From a virus: a DNA stretch of 64,000 bases. The DNA lies in the IMG/VR virus record IMGVR_UViG_3300021185_003853, positions 32,001-96,000 of that record, one strand, 5' to 3'. Position numbers and translations under genes: made by a program. Position 1 is the stretch's first letter. Each line of letters opens with the position of its first letter. Below, piece after piece: positions 48,503 through 57,299 of the stretch. The notes beneath the pieces were generated by a model. That model did not search any database. It worked only from the letters and a program-made list of their open reading frames with translations, and was not told where the DNA came from.

Positions 48503-51500
48503 TGGCTATATACACAGGTCTTAATGTATCATTACACCTAAATGATTTAAATAATTCTAGCGAGTCTTTAAGAAACTTGGGAATGGATCGCAAGGATTTT
48601 GATCATATTCGTGGGCTCAGTAATGTTTTAGAGACAAGGAACCAGCTTCATTTGCTAGGAAACCTTGACGTTGATCAACAAAAACAAACATATCTAATGT
48701 ATCGATCAGCAACCAGTATGAGTGCAGAATTAGATAATATTGATGACACGAACAAGCCGTTACCTTACGATATTCGCATCAATAATCAGTTACGTGCTGG
48801 CGCAATAAAATATAAGTATTTAGACGGATCAAATACAATTAAAAGTGCTGATATTTCGACAAGTCGTGTATCTTCGTGGTCGCAGATAGGTGACGGGCCG
48901 ATCTTTTACGGCGCTGATGTAAATATTAATCCTTATGATGGATCTGATGCTTCAACAGGCGATCCCAACAAAAGCATTTTAAAATTAAAAGATATCGTAT
49001 TTAAAGGCGAATTTTCTCCTAAACGATTTGCCGCTGAAGTTCCTACGCACACGGTCACTGTAAATGTAAACGGAGTTGATCGTGAATTATATGCTATGCG
49101 CAACATTCCTATGCGATTTGAAGGTAATTTTTCTAGTGCAAAAGTTACATATTCAATTGATAATGCATCTATTGCGCCGACAGTTTTATTTGTAGATCCT
49201 CAAAATTTTGATCCGCAGTTAGAGATTGCCGTAACAGGTCCTACGAGTACACTAAATCATACCGCTGAAGTAACAAACATCAAAGGCGGCGATAAATTTA
49301 TTGATATTTACTATAGACCTGATGGGTTAAAAAAGTTAACATTGCCTGCTATGCAACTGTTTGATTTCCCTGCAATAGAGTTAAGGAATTTAAATTCAAT
49401 ATCTGTTGCAAATAATAAATTAGAAAATATGCCCGATTGGTTTGCTATCAGCGGAGGCAACCTTACTGGGCATACACAGGCATTAACAACAGTTACAATG
49501 TCAGGTAATCCGCTATATAAATCTTCTGATGTTGCCAACACACAATTGCAAAAACTGCCCAGGTCAGTGCAAACATTAAATATACATGGATGCTTTTCTG
49601 ATTCAACTCCTATTGATATAAGCCAATTAAAACAAGGTGGAGGATCAACAACTTTAGTCGACTCGAATTTAAAATATTTCAGGTTTAGTGGATGGAATAA
49701 TAATAAAAGAGTTGACATGAAAGATACAGGCACAACACCAAAGGTCAATGTTTCTACGATTCTGAATTATCAAGTCAGATATCATCCGTATACTCGTTTA
49801 AGTTATAGTGCAGCAGGCGCACCAAATTTGAACAGCTTAGATCTTTATGGAATGAATATAAATTCAGCAGAGCAAGCAAATGGATCAACAACATCAACGA
49901 TCACAATTGCTTCTTCAGGCATTCAAACTATAAACATGGACTATAATGCTATAGACGTAATAGACGTCTCGGGTAAACAAGAACTTACATCTTATACACA
50001 CAGACATAATCACAATAGTGCAAACAATAATATAGAAACATTGTTTACTGGATGTGTTGCGTTATCTTCTTTAGATTTTGAAAATTCGAGTGTGACAGGA
50101 AACTTAGACAGTATTTTCACGGGACTTCCTGAACTATCATTACTAGATTTGCGAAACACTAGATTGACGGGAAAGATGACCGCTAACGCTTTCGCCGGAA
50201 CGAAATTACAAGAATTTAGCTGTACAAATGGCCAATTTGTTACTGCAGCCGGCCAAAACAACTTTTTCGGCAACGACCATATCCCTATAGCAAATGAACC
50301 TCCCGGAGCAGTAGGGTCAGATTATGCTGGTGGTTATTATGCAGGAACAATTGTTGATAACAGCAACGAAGAGTATTGGTTAGTTGTTTCAGATAAAAGT
50401 CACGAAGTCATACGTTCACGATATGCAATTCTTGGAGGTAACGGAACTTCTGGGTCAACAGATGCAAGGACTGGCTTAGATAATACTACTGTTGAATTTA
50501 ATACCTCAGATTATGAAGCAGCGAGTTATGCTTTGGGATTGAGTGTTACAGATGGCGATACAACATACGATGATTGGTATATTCCGTCAAAAAGTGAACT
50601 TGAAATGATGTATCGGAATTTCAAACCGACATCAACACCTAATGACACATCAAGCGGGAACAATCCTCATTCTAGGCCAACATATACGACAACCTATAAT
50701 GATAACCCGATAAATCCCACACAAACGCCTTTCAGTGCTTTTCAGACAGGTGGCGCACAAGCATTTTCAACGCCTGCGCCTCAACAATATGTGTCTAACT
50801 TCAATTTCTCTTCAGGGACAACTGGGTGGACAGGGTTTAATGGCGCAACAATATCTGTGCCACAAGGAAGCAGTAATAAGATTCGTGTAGCGCAAGATTC
50901 TGCCGGAACTGCCGCATCAGGAACGCCAAGTGCAACCGATGCAGTTGCCGGTAACGCAGGTGTATTCCAGACGGTAACTCTACCTGCTGGGACATATGAT
51001 TTTGATTTTGAATTTGCTGCTTCTAGAGCAACAATCCCTTCTGGGTCATTTGTTTCTGGTGAGACATATGAAATTGTAAGTTTAGGAATTGCACCAACAT
51101 TTAATAATATTACATATTCAAGCATCAATCAAACCAATGATAGAATCACGCTAGGTTCTGGGCACGGATTAACTAACGGAACAATTGTTACATTTAGTCA
51201 TGTTTCAGGTGTCACAGAAAGTTTTACAAATTTAGCTACTGGGACAAATTACAGGGTTGTTGATACAGCGGCCGCTTCTATTAAATTAGAACCTGTCGGT
51301 GGCGGTGGCGCAATTGATATTGCTCAATCTGCAGATGTGACTCATGCATATACAATTACTGCCGGTGACGGAACTGATTATACGTTTGATGCAGGAACGG
51401 ATCGATCTGCTGCTGCAACCGGAACAACAGATCCTGACATTATCATACTTTTAGGTGATACAGCAACATTTGATTTAACCGCTTTGGCAGGCGCTCATCC

Positions 51501-52920
51501 TTTGTATATAAAAACAGCATTAGGTTCAGGCACAACAAATCAAATAACAGATGCAACTGTAACAGGTCAAGGCACGGACAATGTCTCATTCACTCCAACA
51601 TCAGCAGGACAATATTTTTATCAATGTTCTGCTCATCCTGATATGGAGGGAACAATTACTGTACTGCAAAGAACAGGAACATTTGGTATTGCTGTTGATC
51701 TTGCAGAGAATTGGAGTGATATTGGTGCAAGTACTGTTGCTGTGGGAGCAAACTTCGATGCTTCAGGGTCATATGCTACAGGAACTACTCTTTACGGTGC
51801 ATCTGTTGCACTCGCAAGTAGCAACGACCTTTATGAGCATTATGTGTACGGATTAATATCACCAGGAACTGACCCTGATGCTTCAACCATAGGAAATTCA
51901 GTTGCAAGCTATTCATATGATGTTATAAACGATACTGCTACGATTTCAGGTAATGGGACTACTTCTGCAAGCACATTTACTGTTGATGCGCAAGCAACAT
52001 ATGTTGTAAGTTTAAAATCATTTGCATTTGATCTTGATGTCACAAAAATATCAATTCGAAGCAGAGAAGGATATTATTGGACATCAACTAGCTCATCAGC
52101 TGTTAATACTCAGGGTATTGCACAAAACTTCGACAATGGTGAACAGGTTGATGTGCATAAAGATCACAGATATTTGGTGCGCCCAGTTAGGCGAGTAAGT
52201 AAAAACTCTGACGTATCTGCTGAGCAACAAGGCACATCATTAACATTCCAACCTGTTCAATCAACTTTGGTTAATTTTACGCTTGAAGGTCAAGGAAGAA
52301 ATGCATCGACAGGGCCTAATGTACGAGGCAAGATGCCTAATACTGCATATCTTGCACAAATACAAACCTTTAGTTTGACCAATACGCAAATCGAAGGAAT
52401 TATTCCTGATTTCAGCAACTCTCTGAACTTGAATAAGTTGATTTTAAGCAATAACAATTTTACAGGTCCTTTTGCAATTAACAATCCTTCAGTGGCGCAA
52501 GTTGAAATTCAAAATAACAACTTGACAGGGATAGGGTCACTATTTGCTGCAAATATGTGGAAATTGCATGGTCAGGATAACGATTTTGAAAATGCTGTGC
52601 CGTCTTTCGTAGCGTGTCAAGATATATCTGATATAAATTTAAGCAGGAATCAGTTTACTGGGTATTTGGCAGGGTCTTTGTCCACAAACCTCGAATTGAA
52701 AAAATTAAATTTATCAGAGAATGCATTAACAGAGGGTGCTGCACAGAGAATATTCGAAGACATGATGACAAACTGGACTGCTAATACACGAGATGGAGTG
52801 ACTGTAAATCTATCGGGCAATCCTCAAGTGAGAGAATCTAGATTAATTAAAAACGCAACCACAGGCGGAATTATACGAGAGTTAAGATCTGTTGGTTGGA
52901 CAATATTGCTCAACGCATAG
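48502..52920 (+). CDS. Mosaic leucine-rich-repeat protein with nested DUF1566-like, CBM-like and cupredoxin domains
   Basis: LRRs (LxxLxLxxNxL) at both ends; split DUF1566-like motifs DWYIPSKSEL...YYWTST...VRPVRR; YQCSAHPDMEG. Confidence 0.75.
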   Translation: MAIYTGLNVSLHLNDLNNSSESLRNLGMDRKDFDHIRGLSNVLETRNQLHLLGNLDVDQQKQTYLMYRSATSMSAELDNIDDTNKPLPYDIRINNQLRAGAIKYKYLDGSNTIKSADISTSRVSSWSQIGDGPIFYGADVNINPYDGSDASTGDPNKSILKLKDIVFKGEFSPKRFAAEVPTHTVTVNVNGVDRELYAMRNIPMRFEGNFSSAKVTYSIDNASIAPTVLFVDPQNFDPQLEIAVTGPTSTLNHTAEVTNIKGGDKFIDIYYRPDGLKKLTLPAMQLFDFPAIELRNLNSISVANNKLENMPDWFAISGGNLTGHTQALTTVTMSGNPLYKSSDVANTQLQKLPRSVQTLNIHGCFSDSTPIDISQLKQGGGSTTLVDSNLKYFRFSGWNNNKRVDMKDTGTTPKVNVSTILNYQVRYHPYTRLSYSAAGAPNLNSLDLYGMNINSAEQANGSTTSTITIASSGIQTINMDYNAIDVIDVSGKQELTSYTHRHNHNSANNNIETLFTGCVALSSLDFENSSVTGNLDSIFTGLPELSLLDLRNTRLTGKMTANAFAGTKLQEFSCTNGQFVTAAGQNNFFGNDHIPIANEPPGAVGSDYAGGYYAGTIVDNSNEEYWLVVSDKSHEVIRSRYAILGGNGTSGSTDARTGLDNTTVEFNTSDYEAASYALGLSVTDGDTTYDDWYIPSKSELEMMYRNFKPTSTPNDTSSGNNPHSRPTYTTTYNDNPINPTQTPFSAFQTGGAQAFSTPAPQQYVSNFNFSSGTTGWTGFNGATISVPQGSSNKIRVAQDSAGTAASGTPSATDAVAGNAGVFQTVTLPAGTYDFDFEFAASRATIPSGSFVSGETYEIVSLGIAPTFNNITYSSINQTNDRITLGSGHGLTNGTIVTFSHVSGVTESFTNLATGTNYRVVDTAAASIKLEPVGGGGAIDIAQSADVTHAYTITAGDGTDYTFDAGTDRSAAATGTTDPDIIILLGDTATFDLTALAGAHPLYIKTALGSGTTNQITDATVTGQGTDNVSFTPTSAGQYFYQCSAHPDMEGTITVLQRTGTFGIAVDLAENWSDIGASTVAVGANFDASGSYATGTTLYGASVALASSNDLYEHYVYGLISPGTDPDASTIGNSVASYSYDVINDTATISGNGTTSASTFTVDAQATYVVSLKSFAFDLDVTKISIRSREGYYWTSTSSSAVNTQGIAQNFDNGEQVDVHKDHRYLVRPVRRVSKNSDVSAEQQGTSLTFQPVQSTLVNFTLEGQGRNASTGPNVRGKMPNTAYLAQIQTFSLTNTQIEGIIPDFSNSLNLNKLILSNNNFTGPFAINNPSVAQVEIQNNNLTGIGSLFAANMWKLHGQDNDFENAVPSFVACQDISDINLSRNQFTGYLAGSLSTNLELKKLNLSENALTEGAAQRIFEDMMTNWTANTRDGVTVNLSGNPQVRESRLIKNATTGGIIRELRSVGWTILLNA

Positions 52921-52929
52921 GTATCATAA

Positions 52930-54066
52930 ATGGCAATCGGATTTGCAAAAACATCAAACTTATTCGAATCGCAAGATTCAAATTCTGCGACTAAAATATT
53001 TAACAATCTTGCAGGAGAAGGCATTTCTTCTGATATTGCGTTATTTACGAATAACTTACGCACAGTAACTGAACTTGATTACACAAATTTCAAAGCAAGT
53101 GCGCAATCTTTTCCTTCTCCAGATGAGGTTTTTTATACTGTAGGAAATGCTGCCGCATACGAGTTTATAGTCATTCCTTCTAGCGACTTCGGCAAAGTTC
53201 CGTTTAGTAATAATTCGATCATATATGTTGTACAGAATAATAGTATTAAAACTTCGTATATAGTTGACGACAGCAATGGCATCGATAGGTTCAGACTTTA
53301 TGCTTGGAACGGCACAACAAAAGGTGCTGTCGCATCATGGGACGATTTTAAGGATCTTGCAACCAAAAAGTTTTTTAGGCCAGATCCTGTCACATTTGCT
53401 AACATAACCAATTACTCTAAAGATCGCATAACAATGAACGATGAGTCAACATCTTTAGAGAATCCGTATTCATTACCAGAAGAGTTACAAACTAGCAATA
53501 GAGATCGGTCACAACAAGTAACATTTCTAAAAACTCTTACGCCACAAAGTTTGAATAGTCGAATTGATAGTGCAATAGAGAGTTTTCAGTATAAAGAATC
53601 AAGAAGTATACTTACACACAGAAAGGCTATACTTAATAAATTATTGAACGTGGGCGGCACTTTGCAAATAGCAAATGATGCTGGCTTAGTGCTAGGCACT
53701 ACAGCAACCAATGACACGATGCCAGGATTATATATCATGGCTGATGGCGTTAAGGAAAGAGCGTTTTCTGACACGAACAACCCATGGGTTGTAGGGACTG
53801 AAGATTTGATTTCTTATGATACTGATGACACTGTGCTCGCAACAGAAAGTTTTATAAAAACTGCTTCGACAACACAAGATGCACAAGTGTTCAATCTGCT
53901 TTATAAGGGTCCCAATCCACACATAATAACAACAAACGCTTCAGGTGTCAGGACAACCAATGGTTCAAAAGTAGTCGACTCAACATGGACACATAAAGCG
54001 AAAGTTGAAATTAATGGCGAAGCATATTATATATTACTAACCGATCAAGCAAGCACCTTTACTTAA
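52930..54066 (+). CDS. Hypothetical virion protein
   Basis: 378 aa ORF in the late operon; N-terminus related to its neighbours. Confidence 0.7.
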   Translation: MAIGFAKTSNLFESQDSNSATKIFNNLAGEGISSDIALFTNNLRTVTELDYTNFKASAQSFPSPDEVFYTVGNAAAYEFIVIPSSDFGKVPFSNNSIIYVVQNNSIKTSYIVDDSNGIDRFRLYAWNGTTKGAVASWDDFKDLATKKFFRPDPVTFANITNYSKDRITMNDESTSLENPYSLPEELQTSNRDRSQQVTFLKTLTPQSLNSRIDSAIESFQYKESRSILTHRKAILNKLLNVGGTLQIANDAGLVLGTTATNDTMPGLYIMADGVKERAFSDTNNPWVVGTEDLISYDTDDTVLATESFIKTASTTQDAQVFNLLYKGPNPHIITTNASGVRTTNGSKVVDSTWTHKAKVEINGEAYYILLTDQASTFT

Positions 54067-56612
54067 TCCATTAATATCCAATAATCTTTGTAGGTGCTTG
54101 CGCCTGTTTTCTCTTTTAACAGCAACCCTTTACTTGCTGTTGCTGCTGTAGGAGAACTGACCTCTGTTGTATCTGCCTGTTCAATATTGATACCGGTTAT
54201 TTCAAAGTCTCCGCCTATGGATAAATGCGGATGCGATGCAACTGTTGATAGTCCCAAGTCAGTTCCTGCAAAAGGTGGTGCAGTATTTAATGGGATAATA
54301 CACAATTCTTTATCGCCGGTTGACGGATCGCTTCCGGGATCATTCGCATCTTTTACAAATATTAATGTTCTTGAAGCAGGCAAACTGCCAATAAGTCCTG
54401 TTGATAATGTAATTGACGGAGGATTTGTTGCACTATTTACGCTAGAAACTCGAGTCGTATTTGTCCCTGAAACTATTCCCGGGAGTTGTACGAAATCACC
54501 GCTACTACCTGAAGTAATATTACTCACATCTGTTAAGAATATTTGCGTGGCGCCAGAATTTGCTGTAACAGCGACTTCTTTTCCGTAAACACCTTCACAT
54601 TGTGCAGACGTTGAATGATCAGATAGCCCACGATGAGCATATACAAGACACCAATTGTACGCATCACTATTAAATGTTTCGTTTCCTATAGGATTTGACG
54701 TAACTACAACAGTATCCATGCCTTGTGAGGTAGTAATACTAACGATATCTACTAATTTCCTGCATGTATTTTGCGTAGTGTTTAATGTTATCAGAAGATC
54801 ATCCGGACGCATATCACTTGAGTTGTATTGGTGTCCTGTATAGGGTGTTGTAACCGTAGCATCTCCAGTCCATGAGTTACCCGCTTCTTTTAAAAAATGA
54901 TTAGTCTCTGTAGCTGATGATAAATTGCGATCAAATTGATGTTGAAAGATGCCCAACAATCCTTTTGGCTTAACAACAAAATAATTTTGCGATTGGCCGA
55001 TTGGCATGGCTCCTGCGATAGCAGCCAGATCTTCGACCATCGACCCCTTAAAGGGTTCCGTGATAATAATATTATCTCTTACTTCATGTACTTGAAAATA
55101 GTAGTAGTGAGTGCCATCGGCAAAAGCAGGCAACAATATATCACCTTCTTCAACAAATGTTGCTGATGTGACAAACGTCTTTCCGCCTAAATATGTAAAG
55201 GGATAATTTGCACCGCTATTTTTAACATAATCATTTACAGAGGTTGTCGGCGCATAATCAATGTACACGGGTTTTTCGTTCTGTAGATACTGATCAGTCT
55301 TTTTCAATCTACCGCTGATTCTATTTCTTTTGAAATGATCAAATGTGTTCACCTTTGCTACGCTATCAGGTGTCAATTGCGGCGTTTTATACCAATAGTT
55401 AAAAGGTGTGGTGCTTGCGGAAGTTTCAGCTGTATCATGTATGTTGAAAAAGAATTTTAACGGGCCATATGTAGTCACATCAGTTTTAAAGTTTGAGCTG
55501 CTTCCGTCTGACATTCCCGGAATAAGAGTGTGGTCTCCCCCAAATTGCTCTGGACGTGGGTACCATACAGTTAGTCGTATTCTATTCGTTTGTCCTTTGG
55601 CTTTACTGCCAAATGGGTTAAAGTCGACACGTAAATCATCTTCACCTATATTCCATGTAAATCCCAATCCCGCCCCGGCAGATACATCATTTAACCCTGA
55701 TCCTGGTCCGTCAATTTTTTCAATATCGATTGTGTTAGCAGAGTGATTTACATCTATTATTTTGTATGTGCTAGACCCCTGAGTTATTTTCATTCCTTCC
55801 CATGCATATTGCATAGATGTGGAAGTGATTTGAATTCCGGTCAGCTGGTTTGCATTATTGGCAATACCGACTTCTAGTTCGAGCATCACCTCATCAAGAC
55901 CTTCACCTGATACACGCTTTATAGTTTCCCATGCTGAGGTTGATTCATTGTATTCTTCGAATAAGCAAAATGCATTAGTAATAATTGATAAATCATTATT
56001 ATGATATGCTGAAAAATGTCCTTCCCAGCACAGAGCGCCAAAAGATGATGTAAATGTCGGATGCAATGGTCCACTGAATGCAAATCTGCCGTCAATCCAA
56101 TAATCTTCATCCGTTAATATTCTTCCTGCTGCATTTGTTGTATCGAAAATATCATCAGCAGTAATAGTATGGCCCGTATCGCTAGCCCACTGTTCAATAA
56201 ACAGCCTACCTGCCGCATCTTTTAATGCTTCGGGGGGAACAACAAATGCATTCGGGCCCGTACCGCCTAAGTGATATGCGGGATCACCTAACACAACTTT
56301 CTTTGTTTGGATTATGTCTTTAATTGTGATCAACGGCTCAACAGGTGCAGGAACACCTATAGTGAGTCCGCCAGTATTAGGATCAGTTACAATTGGAGTA
56401 TATAACACTTCGGTGTTTGCAAGAGGCGCTAAATCTTCAGCAAATACATTTGTAGTTTTTAATCCGTTGATTACTGTTAGATCTGATGGCGTAAATGTTT
56501 GCCCAGGTGTAAAGTCATCTAGGATATTTGCCAATGCCTTTGATTTATTTGTAAGATCTGATAGATTTCTATCTGCTCTTAATCCGAACCTTGTATATTT
56601 TGAAATTGCCAT
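54063..56612 (-). CDS. Hypothetical virion protein on the opposite strand, possible PA14-like segment
   Basis: 849 aa ORF with its own late promoter and GAGG RBS; GLRADRNLSDL N-terminus; GALCWEGHF...RIRLTVWY. Confidence 0.75.
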   Translation of the reverse strand: MAISKYTRFGLRADRNLSDLTNKSKALANILDDFTPGQTFTPSDLTVINGLKTTNVFAEDLAPLANTEVLYTPIVTDPNTGGLTIGVPAPVEPLITIKDIIQTKKVVLGDPAYHLGGTGPNAFVVPPEALKDAAGRLFIEQWASDTGHTITADDIFDTTNAAGRILTDEDYWIDGRFAFSGPLHPTFTSSFGALCWEGHFSAYHNNDLSIITNAFCLFEEYNESTSAWETIKRVSGEGLDEVMLELEVGIANNANQLTGIQITSTSMQYAWEGMKITQGSSTYKIIDVNHSANTIDIEKIDGPGSGLNDVSAGAGLGFTWNIGEDDLRVDFNPFGSKAKGQTNRIRLTVWYPRPEQFGGDHTLIPGMSDGSSSNFKTDVTTYGPLKFFFNIHDTAETSASTTPFNYWYKTPQLTPDSVAKVNTFDHFKRNRISGRLKKTDQYLQNEKPVYIDYAPTTSVNDYVKNSGANYPFTYLGGKTFVTSATFVEEGDILLPAFADGTHYYYFQVHEVRDNIIITEPFKGSMVEDLAAIAGAMPIGQSQNYFVVKPKGLLGIFQHQFDRNLSSATETNHFLKEAGNSWTGDATVTTPYTGHQYNSSDMRPDDLLITLNTTQNTCRKLVDIVSITTSQGMDTVVVTSNPIGNETFNSDAYNWCLVYAHRGLSDHSTSAQCEGVYGKEVAVTANSGATQIFLTDVSNITSGSSGDFVQLPGIVSGTNTTRVSSVNSATNPPSITLSTGLIGSLPASRTLIFVKDANDPGSDPSTGDKELCIIPLNTAPPFAGTDLGLSTVASHPHLSIGGDFEITGINIEQADTTEVSSPTAATASKGLLLKEKTGASTYKDYWILMD

Positions 56613-56645
56613 TCTTTTCCTCGAGAGTAGGACTTGTGTTTATAT

Positions 56646-56657
56646 TATTTATAAATA
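56646..56657. promoter_or_regulatory. Palindromic bidirectional late promoter
   Basis: TATTTATAAATA gives TATAAATA on + (56650-56657) and on - (56646-56653), between divergent genes. Confidence 0.85.
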
Positions 56658-56683
56658 CTAATTAACATTGATTGGAGAAACTA

Positions 56684-57073
56684 ATGGCTGTTAAGGCAAA
56701 TATAACTATAGATCAAGGCACAGATTTTGATGCAACCATAGATTTAACAACACCTGAAGGTTTGCCTGTGAACTTAACAGGATTTACTGTTGCTTCACAG
56801 ATGAGAAAAAATTACGCATCAGCGACTGAAACGACAACATTTCAAGCATCACACAATAATTTAGCAGGGCAAATAGTCGTGCAACTTCCTAAAGATGATT
56901 ATGTGACGGGTGCAGGAACTGAGTCAGAGAAAACGCATCTTGGCACTAATTCACTTGAACCAGGAAGATATTTATATGATGTCGAAATAACATCTCCTGT
57001 TGCTGACGGATCAAAAACAAGTCGTGTTGTTCAAGGAACAGCAACTGTGACTGCAGGCATAACAAGGATTTAA
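56684..57073 (+). CDS. Small Ig-like (BppU-N-like) virion protein
   Basis: NITIDQGTDF, NLTG..VASQMRK, LEPGRYLYDVEI, RVVQG. Start moved to ATG 56684, after GGAG. Confidence 0.75.
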   Translation: MAVKANITIDQGTDFDATIDLTTPEGLPVNLTGFTVASQMRKNYASATETTTFQASHNNLAGQIVVQLPKDDYVTGAGTESEKTHLGTNSLEPGRYLYDVEITSPVADGSKTSRVVQGTATVTAGITRI

Positions 57074-57074
57074 C

Positions 57075-57299
57075 ATGAGTGATATAAAAGCAACTCTGAC
57101 ACCATCAAATCGATTATTAGTAACAAACTACTCAGTTGGAGGCAGTGTTGCTAGTGTCACTCTTAGTAACTTAATTGACGTAGATGCAACAGGTCTTGCT
57201 GACGGAGCACTTCTGATCTATAACGCATCAACAACCCAGTGGGAAGCATCAGTTGAGTTAGATAACGAAAGCACTGTGCTTGAAGGAGGCACTTTCTAA
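57075..57299 (+). CDS. Small virion/fibre-associated protein
   Basis: LSNLIDVD..DGALLIYN..QWEA..LEGGTF motif; coupled to the next gene. Confidence 0.7.
   Translation: MSDIKATLTPSNRLLVTNYSVGGSVASVTLSNLIDVDATGLADGALLIYNASTTQWEASVELDNESTVLEGGTF

Noticed and set aside
52070-52200. DUF1566/C-lectin end as a diversity-generating retroelement target
   Set aside because: No reverse transcriptase or template repeat was seen in the window, and the domain is internal rather than C-terminal.
54063-56660. Invertible phase-variation cassette
   Set aside because: No flanking inverted repeats or recombinase were seen.
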